From a virus: 64,000 bases of DNA. The translations under genes and the position numbers were made by a program. The DNA is taken from positions 32,001 through 96,000 of the IMG/VR virus record IMGVR_UViG_3300008117_000018. One strand, written 5' to 3'. Within the stretch, counting starts at the first letter, position 1, and every line of letters begins with the position of its first letter. The notes beneath the pieces were generated by a model. It was not told the DNA's origin. It did no database searches and saw only the letters and a program-made list of their open reading frames with translations. This document shows positions 8,885 to 19,495 of this stretch, one piece after another.

Positions 8885-10609
8885 TTAGTTTAATAATCCA
8901 TAAGAATCAGAAACTTTAATAGTCATAAACTGTTTTTGTGGGAACCAACCAACTTCAGCAACAGCATATCTAGATCTCAACAACATTCTTGGAGCAAAAG
9001 TAGCCTCAGAAATCAAAGAGATTGATTGTGCCATTAAATAAGGTACGAAAATGATACCTGGTTGATCAGGATTGTTCTTTCTACCAAGAACGATTCTGTT
9101 ATCATTATATCTCATATATGGATCAACGTAGATAGAAATATCACCGATTGAACCAACAGGATATAATTGACCTTGTCCGTTTAACTTAGACTTAACTGGG
9201 TTAATAGTGTAACCAGAAATATCAGCTAAAGCAGCAGCAAGACCCCCGTTTGTGATAAGGTATTGAGCTGGACCTACACGACCTTCAGTTGCAATGTAGT
9301 TAGAAGCGTGAGCAATTTTAGTGATAAGTTTTCTTTGTACGGCGTGAGTAGTTTCACCACCAACTGTACTAGTTACATAAGTAGTATCTAAGTCAAAGAT
9401 TGTTTGGCTAGCAATATTAGTTGAGAAAGTTAATCCAGCTAAAGGCGCGCTAGTTCTGTTAAGATCACCCATTTCAAAAATCTTAGCAACGATTTGCTTA
9501 GAAATTGTTTGAGATAATTCATTAACAAGAATAGATTCCATTTTTTGAACGATATCCATACCTGTGTTAGCTTTGATATCTTCAATTTCAGTTCTTCTAA
9601 GAGCTGAAGATACTTCAATAGTACCAACTGCGATAGTTTTAGAAGAGATTTTTGGTCCGATAACTCCAGAATATCTTGAGTCATCTTGATCTCTATCCAT
9701 TGGATATTGTCCAGAGAATTGAGAAGTTGAACCAGAGTTCCAGTTTGCAGAAAAACCAGGGATATGATCTTCTAACGCAGAAACCAATTCGATTGCAGGC
9801 TCACCACCTAAAGCAGTACCACCTAAAGCAATGATTTGAGAAGCCATAGACGTTGTAGAATCAAATGTATTTCTTGTTGTATCAAAAGCCCAAGTTGTAG
9901 CTGCAGAACCAACCGCTGTATGAGACGTGTTGAATTGTCTGTAAGCTCTGAACATTGGATAACCATCAATTCTTGAGAATCCTAAAAATTCAACTTTATT
10001 TTCTTTATCAGATGGCTCTGAAGTAATTGCAGCACCTGTATCGATGTTATTCCAAATTCTACCATTTAAACCACCTGTAGTTTCGCTAATAACTGGAGAA
10101 GAAGCTGCTAACTGAGCTCTAAGACCAGCGATAACTGCTGTTAATTTAGTAGAAGTCAATCCTGCTGTTTTAGGAGCAATTTTGAAAACTTGTGGTCTTT
10201 CATCTTCATTTCCTAAACGAGTATCATCGTATTGGAAGTCGATGTAAAGAAGGTCGATTTTCGGACCTGGAGATGGTTTAACAGCAACAAGGTCAAGACC
10301 GATTGTTTGAGCAGCAATTTTCATAGCTACAGGAAGTAAGTTTTGACCTACATCTCCTGAACCATTTGAACCACCAAAACCAGCCCAATTGTTACCAATT
10401 GTTGAACCAGCTAAAGTTGAAGGTTGTGGAGCAACAACACCACCCATACCAGCAACGTTAGAAGCATTCACATAAGCGTTCTCGTTGATTGAGTGGAACT
10501 CAGCATATTCTGACATCCAATCAATTCTCTCACCAGTAACACCCATGTTCTCAAGAACTGGAGACCATTTCTTGATAGCTTTAGATTTGTCTATTCTAAT
10601 GTGTGACAT
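8885..10609 (-). CDS. gp23: Major capsid protein (T4 gp23-like)
   Basis: KKWSPVLE N-terminus, IGLDLVAVKP, ILVNELSQTISKQI, IYVDPY, IIFVPY, TFAPRMLLRSRYA; strongly biased codon usage. Confidence 0.93.
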   Translation of the reverse strand: MSHIRIDKSKAIKKWSPVLENMGVTGERIDWMSEYAEFHSINENAYVNASNVAGMGGVVAPQPSTLAGSTIGNNWAGFGGSNGSGDVGQNLLPVAMKIAAQTIGLDLVAVKPSPGPKIDLLYIDFQYDDTRLGNEDERPQVFKIAPKTAGLTSTKLTAVIAGLRAQLAASSPVISETTGGLNGRIWNNIDTGAAITSEPSDKENKVEFLGFSRIDGYPMFRAYRQFNTSHTAVGSAATTWAFDTTRNTFDSTTSMASQIIALGGTALGGEPAIELVSALEDHIPGFSANWNSGSTSQFSGQYPMDRDQDDSRYSGVIGPKISSKTIAVGTIEVSSALRRTEIEDIKANTGMDIVQKMESILVNELSQTISKQIVAKIFEMGDLNRTSAPLAGLTFSTNIASQTIFDLDTTYVTSTVGGETTHAVQRKLITKIAHASNYIATEGRVGPAQYLITNGGLAAALADISGYTINPVKSKLNGQGQLYPVGSIGDISIYVDPYMRYNDNRIVLGRKNNPDQPGIIFVPYLMAQSISLISEATFAPRMLLRSRYAVAEVGWFPQKQFMTIKVSDSYGLLN

Positions 10610-10693
10610 AATTTTATTTATTTTTTTTTGTTTTATAATCTATATATTTCCTTTATTTTTCGATTTTTTCGAAGGTGGATTTTTTATAGATTA

Positions 10694-12784
10694 TTATAAA
10701 TTTTTGAATCTTTCTAAGATTGCTTGAGCTTCATTGTCTGAGATTTTATCTTCTTGGATAAGTGCCTCATGTGAAACTAATTTCTTAGTAACTGATTCAT
10801 TCTTTTTGAGATTTCTAGTCAACCAGAAATGCTCAACTTGTGCTTCAGTTTTTAATACATCTTCTGGATAAAGTCTTGCTTGAGAAAGCAATGATTTTTT
10901 AGAAGACTCATTTAACTGATTCCAGACTGGCTTAACGTTTTCAGGCATCAATCTGATAACTCTTTCTTCAAGAGTCTCGTTCTTAGTTGATAATGCTTCT
11001 GCGATCAGACCTAACACATCTTTCTGTGTGAAATAACTTCTTTCGTTTATGTGAAGTTTTACAGTTTCCTGTTCTTCGTCTGATAATGCATAAAAGCTAT
11101 CTACTTGTGACTTGTTTAAGAACTTTAAGAAATTCAAGTCAGTAGTTTCAGAAACTTTACGTTTTTTAGCTTCTTCAATAAGTTTATTAATAGATTCTGA
11201 TAATTCAGTATCGTCTTTTCCTGTTACTTCGTAAGAAGATGGACCACATTCTTCCTCTTCTTCCTCTTTATTATGAACGTGAGTCGCTTCAGCAGCTGGA
11301 ACACCATTCATGTTATATTCTGCTTCTTCATCATCTTCTTTATTCCAAGAATTTTCTTTTTCATCATCTTCAACCATTTCAAAACCAGCAGCGTTTAAAG
11401 AAGGAAATGCACCTTCTGATTCGAATAATTTACCACCATTTAATTTTTCAACGATTAATCCTTGATAAGAAATTGATTTATCTAAGCTTTCAGCGATGTA
11501 TTCAGAGTAAGCAATATTATCATCTAAATGTTCAGCGATGTATTCAGAGTAAGCAATATTACCTTCAACATGCTCTGCTAAATACTCAGAATAAGCAATA
11601 GAATTATCAACATGTTCAGCTATATACTCAGCATAAGCAATGTTTTTATCTAAGTTTTCAGCGATGTATTCAGAGTAAGCAATATTTTTGTCTAAGTTTT
11701 CAGCCAAATATTCAGAGTAAGCAATATTTTTGTCTAAGTTTTCAGCCAAATATTCAGAATAAGAAATGTTTTTGTCTAAGTTTTCAGCGATATATTCAGA
11801 ATAAGAAATATTCTTATCAAGATTCTCAGCTAAATACTCTGAGTACTCAATATTTTTATCTAAATTTTCAGCAACATACTCTGTGTAATTAATAGCCTTT
11901 TCTAAGTTTTCAGCTAAATAATCATTGTGTTTAACTAATTTTTCAGTCGTAGATTTAAGAGATTTGTTCTCATTTACAACAACTTGAATTTTCTCAGCTA
12001 AATAATCTAAGTATTTTACCACTTTAGAATTTGTCTCGTTTAACTCCTCATAATACTCAAGTAGTTGTTCTAATTTTTTAGGACTCATATTTCCTTTAGA
12101 AATTGCATTTTTGACTTCTTTCTTAGTAGAGGCAATCTCATTTACTAAGTATTGTGAATAATCAGTCAACTGTTTTTTTGTTACGAATTCGTTTTTGTTC
12201 ATGTTGAATAATTCATTTATTTTAGACTCGTCGGACATTTCATATATCCTAAAGTTAGATTGTGGATTGTATCCTAAGGACTCATTCAAAACTTTAACAC
12301 TCATTTTTGCAGAAGCAAAACCTGGGTCAGCTACTATATCATATGTGAAAAGTTTTTTCAAAGAAACAGAACCATCAGATTCAGTGATACCAGCTGCTCT
12401 TGATGATACAAATACTGGACAACCATCATCAACCAAAGCCTTTGCCTCTTTACCCCAATAAGTTGATAAAAGTTTAATTTCACCAGATACTAAGTTTTGT
12501 TCTTTAATGTATTGCGCTTTAGTGATTGTGTGAGATGCTCTTGCCAAAGATGTATCAAAAACATCTGGGTGGTCAAATTCACCATAAACAGCACCTAAAC
12601 TATTCATTCTTTCGTTTAATTCATCTAAGGCAGGAAGGAATTTATCTGCAGTATAGATTCTTTCGTTTCTATTCTTAACACCAAATTCCGTGAATGTACC
12701 TCCTAAGATATAATCCTTCTTACTAGAAGAATTTTCTCTAATAAGAGAATTAGTTGAGTTTTCTACTATTAAAACTGGTTTCAT
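10694..12784 (-). CDS. gp21: Prohead protease (gp21-like) fused to a scaffold/core-like coiled coil
   Basis: NRNERIY, GEFDHP, SH, VSSRAAG, TYDIVADPGF; long repeat-containing C-terminal coiled coil. Confidence 0.9.
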   Translation of the reverse strand: MKPVLIVENSTNSLIRENSSSKKDYILGGTFTEFGVKNRNERIYTADKFLPALDELNERMNSLGAVYGEFDHPDVFDTSLARASHTITKAQYIKEQNLVSGEIKLLSTYWGKEAKALVDDGCPVFVSSRAAGITESDGSVSLKKLFTYDIVADPGFASAKMSVKVLNESLGYNPQSNFRIYEMSDESKINELFNMNKNEFVTKKQLTDYSQYLVNEIASTKKEVKNAISKGNMSPKKLEQLLEYYEELNETNSKVVKYLDYLAEKIQVVVNENKSLKSTTEKLVKHNDYLAENLEKAINYTEYVAENLDKNIEYSEYLAENLDKNISYSEYIAENLDKNISYSEYLAENLDKNIAYSEYLAENLDKNIAYSEYIAENLDKNIAYAEYIAEHVDNSIAYSEYLAEHVEGNIAYSEYIAEHLDDNIAYSEYIAESLDKSISYQGLIVEKLNGGKLFESEGAFPSLNAAGFEMVEDDEKENSWNKEDDEEAEYNMNGVPAAEATHVHNKEEEEEECGPSSYEVTGKDDTELSESINKLIEEAKKRKVSETTDLNFLKFLNKSQVDSFYALSDEEQETVKLHINERSYFTQKDVLGLIAEALSTKNETLEERVIRLMPENVKPVWNQLNESSKKSLLSQARLYPEDVLKTEAQVEHFWLTRNLKKNESVTKKLVSHEALIQEDKISDNEAQAILERFKNL
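11466..11926 (-). repeat. About 11 tandem 42-nt repeats encoding SEY(L/I)AENLDKNI(A/S)Y
   Basis: Visible directly in both DNA and protein. Confidence 0.9.
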
Positions 12785-12958
12785 TCGCGAATAATTATTT
12801 TTTTCAGTTCAAAGTATATATATGCTTTATAAAACCATACTTTTTAAAAGGTGGATTTTTTACAGAACTTCTAATTCTTTTGACAAACACTACGTTTCAA
12901 AGGACTAAAAAGGAAGAATTAACTTTTTAATAAATAATTAAATTTTTTGCGGTTTTTT

Positions 12959-13360
12959 ATGATTTTGACCAGAGAGATAGTAGTAAAAATAAATGAGGCC
13001 AATTTCTCATACTATGAGAATTTAGGCTATGAGGATATAATAATAGGCGAAGAACTCATGATACCCGTAGAATTATTATCAAAAGGTTCTCATCACAAAA
13101 TAAAGTGCAAATGTGATTCATGTGGTATTGAAAAAGATGTGATATTTAAAAATTATGTAAAGTACGATAATAAATTTGGAGAATATAGTTGTAGAAAATG
13201 CTCCGAAAAGAAAAGAAAAGAAACATTACAAAAAAACTACGGTGTGGATTATCCTATTCAAAATAAAAAAGTTATGAGTAAAATGAAGAAAACACTTGTA
13301 AAAAAATATGGTGTAGACAATATTTCGAAAAGAGAAACTAAACAAAAGAGTTCTAAATAA
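12959..13360 (+). CDS. Zn-ribbon protein with YGVD repeats (homing-endonuclease-associated-like, no nuclease domain seen)
   Basis: CDSCG...CRKC, NYGVDYP, KYGVDNIS; ATG at 12959. Confidence 0.6.
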   Translation: MILTREIVVKINEANFSYYENLGYEDIIIGEELMIPVELLSKGSHHKIKCKCDSCGIEKDVIFKNYVKYDNKFGEYSCRKCSEKKRKETLQKNYGVDYPIQNKKVMSKMKKTLVKKYGVDNISKRETKQKSSK

Positions 13361-13370
13361 TAAAACTTCT

Positions 13371-15248
13371 ATGATAAATATAATAGAAGGTGACCGATAT
13401 GAAGGTCAAATAGAGTTTTCGAATAACGGAAATGCAACAACAACAATAGGTGAAAAATTAATATTCATACATAGAAAAAACACAAAAAATTCTTTACACT
13501 TAGATAATGTACGAATAGAAATATTCAAAGGTGAAAAAAAACTTGAAGGAAAAGTTATAGAAGTTATTTCAAGATTCAGAACAGAATTTGTAGGCAGAGT
13601 TCAAATAGGAAAAAAATCAACATTTGTAATTCCAGATAGTGATAAATTATCAGTCGATTTTTATATAAAAGGAGGTTTAGTAGCAAAGGATGGTCAAAAA
13701 GTAATTGTAGAACTTACAAAATGGGAAGATAGCAAATCACCACAGGGAAAAATAACAAAAATATTAGGAGATGCTGGTGATAACAACGCAGAGATGAATT
13801 CAATAATGTATGAATATAATCTACCAGTAGATTTTCCACAAGAAGTACTTAACGAGTCGGAATTAGTTCCAGAAGTTATATTTGATAAAGAAATATCTCT
13901 AAGAAGAGATATGAGAAACATAACTACATTAACAATTGATCCAGTAGATGCTAGAGACTTTGATGACGCTCTTTCAATTAATATAATAAATGAAAATAAT
14001 ATTGAAGTTGGGGTTCATATTGCAGATGTAGGTCATTATGTAAAACCAGGAACTAAATTAGACGATGAGGCATTTAAGAGAGCAACTTCTGTCTATCTTG
14101 TAGATAGATGTGTACCAATGATTCCCGAAAGACTAAGTAATGGAATATGCTCATTAAAACCAAATGAGGACAGATTAGCATTTTCAGTTGTTTTTAATAT
14201 TGACAAAGATGGAAAGATTATCAATGAGTGGCATGGAAAAACTGTCATTCACTCCGATAGAAGATTTACTTATGAAGAAGCTCAAGAAATAATTGAAGGA
14301 CAAGAAGGTGATTTCCAAAATGAAATAAGAGTTCTTAACGGACTAGCTCAAAAAATTAGAAAGAAAAGAATAAGTGATGGCTCCATTGAAATGGGTGGAA
14401 TTGAAGTCAGGTTTAAGTTAGCAGATGATAATAAAAAACCGATTGGTGTCTATTTCAAAGAACAAAAAGAAGCTAACAAACTTATTGAAGAATTTATGCT
14501 ACTTGCAAACAAGTCAGTAGCTAAGATACTTTCTAATAATCAATGGTTTAATGTCTATAGAATACACGATACACCAAATATGGAAAAACTTCAACAACTT
14601 GTAGGAGTTTGTCAAAATTTTGGACACGATGTTGCAATAGAAGGCGAGGGTGATGAGTTAAAAAAATCCATAAACAAATTACTAAAAGAAATAAAAGGAA
14701 CTCCTGAAGAAAACATGATTGAAACTTTAGTAACAAGATGTATGTCTAAAGCAAAATACACAATAAAAAACATTGGACACTACGGATTAGGTTTCACACA
14801 TTACTCACACTTTACCTCACCAATTAGGAGATATCCAGACTTAATAACACATAGAATTCTTTTTGATTTTTTAAATAAAGGAAAACAAGGAAATCCTAAT
14901 AAAATTGAAGAACAAGCCAGTTGGTGTTCAAGTAGAGAGCTAATTGCGGCAAAAGCTCAACGAGATTCAATTAAGTATAAACAAGCAGAATTCTTACAAG
15001 ATAAAATTGGTCAAGTTTTTGATGGAATAGTATCAGGAGTCACTGATTGGGGTATCTATGTAGAGCTTATAGATTCTAAATGCGAAGGAATGATTCGATA
15101 TAATAGTATTGGTAAAGTAAAAGTAGATTTAGACCACTATACCATCACTGATGAAATGGGAAATAAAATCAGACTAGGAGATCCTTTAAAAGTTATTGTT
15201 TCATCAGTTGATTTAGAAAAGAAACAAATTGATTTTAAATTATTCTGA
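13371..15248 (+). CDS. rnr: Ribonuclease R (RNB family)
   Basis: TIDPVDARDFDDALS, VHIADV, EEFMLLAN, HYGLG..YSHFTSPIRRYPDLITHR, C-terminal S1 domain. Confidence 0.95.
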   Translation: MINIIEGDRYEGQIEFSNNGNATTTIGEKLIFIHRKNTKNSLHLDNVRIEIFKGEKKLEGKVIEVISRFRTEFVGRVQIGKKSTFVIPDSDKLSVDFYIKGGLVAKDGQKVIVELTKWEDSKSPQGKITKILGDAGDNNAEMNSIMYEYNLPVDFPQEVLNESELVPEVIFDKEISLRRDMRNITTLTIDPVDARDFDDALSINIINENNIEVGVHIADVGHYVKPGTKLDDEAFKRATSVYLVDRCVPMIPERLSNGICSLKPNEDRLAFSVVFNIDKDGKIINEWHGKTVIHSDRRFTYEEAQEIIEGQEGDFQNEIRVLNGLAQKIRKKRISDGSIEMGGIEVRFKLADDNKKPIGVYFKEQKEANKLIEEFMLLANKSVAKILSNNQWFNVYRIHDTPNMEKLQQLVGVCQNFGHDVAIEGEGDELKKSINKLLKEIKGTPEENMIETLVTRCMSKAKYTIKNIGHYGLGFTHYSHFTSPIRRYPDLITHRILFDFLNKGKQGNPNKIEEQASWCSSRELIAAKAQRDSIKYKQAEFLQDKIGQVFDGIVSGVTDWGIYVELIDSKCEGMIRYNSIGKVKVDLDHYTITDEMGNKIRLGDPLKVIVSSVDLEKKQIDFKLF

Positions 15249-15685
15249 TGACAAAAGAGTTTAGTGTTGAGTTAGATAATAATAAAATAACTGATTATGA
15301 ACATTTATTATCGAGATTTTCAAATTGGAAAAAATACAAAAGAGAAATAAATCTCAACCAATTATTAGAGAAAGGAAAAAAAATTCAATTTGATATAGAA
15401 ATCAAAAATAATCCAATGGTCTTTTATATCTCAGTAAGTGACCAAGAATATACATACACAACATCACTAACAAATGCATGTTCATCTTTGAAAAAATTAA
15501 CTTTTATAATTTTAGAAAATGAAATTTTGAAACTAGAAGCTGAATTAATTTTATTAAACACACGATGGGGTAAAGTAATTAAAAACTTAGTAGAGTCCGG
15601 CTTAGAATTAAAACTTAATCAACATATAAATATAGAAGGACAAATAGATAACTTTTATTTTGAATTACCAAAACAAGCAGCATGA
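15248..15685 (+). CDS. Hypothetical protein (internal REINLNQLL motif)
   Basis: ORF coupled to rnr. Confidence 0.7.
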   Translation: MTKEFSVELDNNKITDYEHLLSRFSNWKKYKREINLNQLLEKGKKIQFDIEIKNNPMVFYISVSDQEYTYTTSLTNACSSLKKLTFIILENEILKLEAELILLNTRWGKVIKNLVESGLELKLNQHINIEGQIDNFYFELPKQAA

Positions 15686-16116
15686 GGTTTTATAAGATAA
15701 CAACCACTAAACACCAAAGAGAGATTGATGAAATAATTATGTCTATGTCATCAACAGAGGTAGATTATGTATCAACATTATACAACAAGATATCAATGGT
15801 TGAGTTTACCGATGAAAAAGAATACGAATGTATGTTTGCCATTCTAGACAAATATCTATTAAATAAGATATCTGAACTATATCTAAAATACTCTATCGAT
15901 CATAAAATATTTGATTTGACAAAGGATATTATTTTTGATAATAATTTAAAATTATCATATAAAAACTATAGAAATCAACCAGTTAAGAATGAAGTTCTAA
16001 AACTTATTAAATTGTTCAAAAAAGACTGGACTACAAAAGATGATGTTTTGGATAAAATACTAGAAAAAGGAATCAATTCATTATCAGATTTTGATTTAGA
16101 AATTCTGAACTCTTAG
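15682..16116 (+). CDS. Hypothetical protein with C-terminal DUF6576-like helix pair
   Basis: DDVLDKILEKGINSLSDFDLEIL. Confidence 0.65.
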   Translation: MRFYKITTTKHQREIDEIIMSMSSTEVDYVSTLYNKISMVEFTDEKEYECMFAILDKYLLNKISELYLKYSIDHKIFDLTKDIIFDNNLKLSYKNYRNQPVKNEVLKLIKLFKKDWTTKDDVLDKILEKGINSLSDFDLEILNS

Positions 16117-17834
16117 AATTCAAACTCTCCACCACCTTCTCCACCACCTTCAGCAGGAGCTTCTCCACCACCTTCAGCAGGAGCTTCACCTTCAGCAGGA
16201 GCCGCTTCACCACCTTCCGCAGGAGCTGCCTCACCGCCTTCAGCCGGAGCTGCCTCACCACCCTCTGCAGGAGCAGCACCAGCTGCACCAGCCGCGACAT
16301 TCGCCACATCTCTAGCCCAATATCTTTCATTTTCAGCCTTCTGTTCAGGTGTTAGTTTGAATACATTATCCATAATCCATTCAATATGGAAATAAGGTTT
16401 TTCACCATTCATAACTCCTAATAAAGTTCCAACAATCTCAGATCTTTTAGACAGATTATTGATTTTCTTCCAATCTTCAAATAGTTGATTAGAATAGAAT
16501 TGAATATCTACCTGATTTGTGAAAACTTCATCATCTTTCAGTTCAGGAAACTCTATCAACATCTGTAGTTTCAGAGGTTTCACTATCAATTCTTTAAAGT
16601 TAGCACGTAATCTTGAAATGAAATTGTGAAATTTAATTTCATCTCTAGTCATTTCTGATGAGTCTCCAAATAAATTTCCACCACCATTCTCAGCCTCAAA
16701 TCGTTGCATAGGTATCTTAGAGGCTCTTTTAAGAGCTTTATAAAACCAAGATAGCATAGTTTCATCATTCAAATCATGACCCTGTGGAGAAACTAATTCC
16801 ATATTCGGAGTTCCAGCATCACCTTCAGGAAACCATATTTGTTTATTATAAGGTAAATGCTTGGCGCCATTAATAGTCAAAGTTCCTAAAGAATCATCCC
16901 ATTCAACTTCTTCTGAATAATCATGAATAAGTTGACCTATTTGTTCCTCAGCTCTTTGTCTTGATAAACCTTTGATTGGAATCGTGAATTTTTGATATAC
17001 AGTCGCATTTACTATATTGAACATAATTCTTGTTTGTTCAAGTATTTTTAATTGATTATAAGGCTTTATTAAACCCTCAACATAAGATGTCTCTGAATAA
17101 TCATTTTGTGTAGAGTAGGAGACATAAATAATCTGAGAATCTAAAAATATTCTTCTTAATTGAGGATCTTCAGGAAACTGAATCCATAGATGTCCTATAG
17201 TTGGTTCATATGCCGGAACTAAAGTGTCAGGTCTCAATCTATTAAAACCAATAATGTTTTTCTTTTTATCATCAAAAATTATTTCTATTGCAATATGACC
17301 ATCAATTAGAAAATCTTTCATCATACTCCAAGCAGTTATATTATCAGAAAATCCAAATTTGTTATAAATTTTCTCAAAATATTCTTGATATTTGTCTCTT
17401 ACCTCTTGAGAATATTCATTTGAAATAGATTTAGGAGCACAAAAGTCACTATCATCATTGAAAACAATAGATTCATCACAAATTGTAGAAACAAAATCTC
17501 TTATTTCATCTTTGATTGAATATTCTCTTAATATTCTTCTTTTATCAGCATATGCTTTATCTAAATAAGGTATAGATTTTCTGTTCAAAACAGACGCAAC
17601 TGCTCTTTGAGAAAAGAAATCATACATCGAGTTACCTTTAGCCGCATATGGATCTTCATTTATACCAATACCAACTTGATTACGAATTATCATATCATCG
17701 TAATTCATTCCATAGTTAGAAAGTGTTCTGAGAATCCTAGAAAATAATCCTTTGTTTTCTACTGCAGAATTAGAAGCAAATGCAAAGTTTGAATTATTTT
17801 GTTGAGTGGAACCAAAATTGTTATAAGTTGCCAT
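16113..17834 (-). CDS. gp20: Portal protein (T4 gp20-like)
   Basis: EI..FV..I.DE.I, FLIDG, SYVEGLIKPYNQLKILE, ALKRASKIP..RF, TRDEIKF..FI.RLR..F; Ala/Glu/Gly tail. Confidence 0.92.
   Translation of the reverse strand: MATYNNFGSTQQNNSNFAFASNSAVENKGLFSRILRTLSNYGMNYDDMIIRNQVGIGINEDPYAAKGNSMYDFFSQRAVASVLNRKSIPYLDKAYADKRRILREYSIKDEIRDFVSTICDESIVFNDDSDFCAPKSISNEYSQEVRDKYQEYFEKIYNKFGFSDNITAWSMMKDFLIDGHIAIEIIFDDKKKNIIGFNRLRPDTLVPAYEPTIGHLWIQFPEDPQLRRIFLDSQIIYVSYSTQNDYSETSYVEGLIKPYNQLKILEQTRIMFNIVNATVYQKFTIPIKGLSRQRAEEQIGQLIHDYSEEVEWDDSLGTLTINGAKHLPYNKQIWFPEGDAGTPNMELVSPQGHDLNDETMLSWFYKALKRASKIPMQRFEAENGGGNLFGDSSEMTRDEIKFHNFISRLRANFKELIVKPLKLQMLIEFPELKDDEVFTNQVDIQFYSNQLFEDWKKINNLSKRSEIVGTLLGVMNGEKPYFHIEWIMDNVFKLTPEQKAENERYWARDVANVAAGAAGAAPAEGGEAAPAEGGEAAPAEGGEAAPAEGEAPAEGGGEAPAEGGGEGGGEFEF
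16128..16290 (-). repeat. GGEAAPAE-type coding repeats in the portal C-terminal tail
   Basis: About 6 imperfect 21-24 nt units. Confidence 0.8.
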
Positions 17835-17891
17835 CTATTATTTATATAAAAATTTACCATATATATTAAATTATGGTTATTCCTCCAAAAC

Positions 17892-17921
17892 AAAAAAAAA
17901 TCGAGACTATTTCTCGATTTT
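17892..17921 (-). terminator. Probable intrinsic terminator
   Basis: AAAATCGAGA-ctatt-TCTCGATTTT with an A9 run (U-run on minus). Confidence 0.6.
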
Positions 17922-18215
17922 AAAAATATCATGACCTGTTCTACCAGCTCTTGGTTTGTATTTTGAATTTAATTCTTTTATAGCTTTTATATAATCTTCT
18001 GCCTCAGGACCAAACAATCTATCAGATATTTCTTGTAAGAAATATGGATCCATAGATTTTATCTTCTCTTTTTCTTTTTTTGTATCAGAGATTAATTTTT
18101 GTAACTCATCATCACTTAATCTGTTTACAGGTTGAAATGGTCTTTCTACCGTTTTCTTTACACCCATAGGTTTTAACTCTGACTCTTTTTTTGATTTAAA
18201 ATTGAAAATTTTCAT
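17907..18215 (-). CDS. Hypothetical protein
   Basis: ORF downstream of the gp2-like gene. Confidence 0.65.
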   Translation of the reverse strand: MKIFNFKSKKESELKPMGVKKTVERPFQPVNRLSDDELQKLISDTKKEKEKIKSMDPYFLQEISDRLFGPEAEDYIKAIKELNSKYKPRAGRTGHDIFKIEK

Positions 18216-18220
18216 ATGAT

Positions 18221-18922
18221 TTATTTTAACTTGTTTCCGTATTTTATTTGATTTGTTCTAATTCGATTTATATGGTTTTTTAACGTACTATATTTTTCAT
18301 CTATATCAAAAGCAACATCATAAAATTCACTTAATATTGAAGTTGTCATTTCTTTATGTCTGCTATCTCTTTTTTCTAATTTAACTTTCCAAATATCCAC
18401 TAACTTTTTAGGATCATATAAATTTTTAGGATGTTGATGATATAAAAATCTTGGCAATACATTTAATCCGATTCTATGAACTAATTGTATTCTAGAAGAA
18501 TCAAACTCCATAAGTGCATATTCAAATCCTATACTTCTTAATTCATTATACATACCATTAAAATCTACTTTTAAAAAATTATTTTTTTCAAAATCTTCAG
18601 GTTTTATAAACTTATCAAATAAAAAAACTCTGATTTCCAATGGTATTAAATTAAAGTTTACTGCAAATATAATAATTTTATTTGAAAACTTCCTAAAATC
18701 CGAAACAAAAACAGGAGACCATTTCATCCAGTTAGAATCATCTAAATAATGAAAGAAATAAAATCCACCAGGAAATATATCTTTTGTTTGAATATTTTTA
18801 ATCTCTTCAGAAGATTTTTGGTATTGTTCATAAAACCATAAAGAATTTTTTTTGAAATTATCAGCCAAACCATTACCATTAACTAACAAACTAAGCTTAG
18901 ACCTTTCGATTAATTCACCCAT
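18221..18922 (-). CDS. gp2: DNA end protector protein (T4 gp2-like)
   Basis: PGGFYFFHY, W..WSPVF, AVNFNLIPLEIR pattern; divergent from the gp4-like gene. Confidence 0.6.
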   Translation of the reverse strand: MGELIERSKLSLLVNGNGLADNFKKNSLWFYEQYQKSSEEIKNIQTKDIFPGGFYFFHYLDDSNWMKWSPVFVSDFRKFSNKIIIFAVNFNLIPLEIRVFLFDKFIKPEDFEKNNFLKVDFNGMYNELRSIGFEYALMEFDSSRIQLVHRIGLNVLPRFLYHQHPKNLYDPKKLVDIWKVKLEKRDSRHKEMTTSILSEFYDVAFDIDEKYSTLKNHINRIRTNQIKYGNKLK

Positions 18923-18967
18923 AAAGAGTTTTTGTTTTTATATATAAAATAAAGAAAGTAGACAAAT

Positions 18968-19495
18968 ATGTTAAACTCTAAGCCAAATAATACTAATTAT
19001 TCTCAAGGTAATTATATTCCTAAAAACAAAGATAAAATAATAAAATTAAATACAATAGGTGGTGTTTACTACAGAAGTTCTTGGGAAAAAAAAATTATGA
19101 CTTGGTTAGATCATAATGAAAAAATAACTAAGTGGGGAGCAGAATGTATGAGAATACCTTATCAAATGACTCATTTTGATAATGGTGACATGAAAGTAAA
19201 AGAGCACTGCTACTATCCAGATTTTTATTATGAGATGAGAAACGAAAACGGTCAGTTAAGGCAAGTAGTTGTAGAAGTAAAACCTATGAAAGAATATAAA
19301 ATGGTCATTGCGTTAAACGAAGGTAAACTCCAAGTTCCAGAAAAGGGTACAAAAAAGTTAAAAAACTTTGAATATGATTTGAAAATGGCATATAAGAATA
19401 AAAACAAGTGGGAAACGATGATAAACTGGTGCAATAAAAAGGGTTATGAGTTTATAATAATTACTGAAGACCATCTAAAGAAATTTAATGTTTGA
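18968..19495 (+). CDS. gp4: Head completion nuclease (T4 gp4-like, TnsA-like PD-(D/E)xK)
   Basis: QG.Y.PKNKDK, YRSSWE, W..E...IPY, YYPDF, VEVKP, N..KW, F.IITE. Confidence 0.9.
   Translation: MLNSKPNNTNYSQGNYIPKNKDKIIKLNTIGGVYYRSSWEKKIMTWLDHNEKITKWGAECMRIPYQMTHFDNGDMKVKEHCYYPDFYYEMRNENGQLRQVVVEVKPMKEYKMVIALNEGKLQVPEKGTKKLKNFEYDLKMAYKNKNKWETMINWCNKKGYEFIIITEDHLKKFNV

Noticed and set aside
11466-11926. Regularly spaced DNA repeats as a possible CRISPR array (also 26925-27215 and 61680-62050)
   Set aside because: Units are contiguous, in-frame multiples of 3 with synonymous variation and no unique spacers.
12959-13360. Homing endonuclease / mobile element
   Set aside because: Only a Zn-ribbon and YGVD repeats; no HNH, GIY-YIG or PD-(D/E)xK catalytic motif seen.
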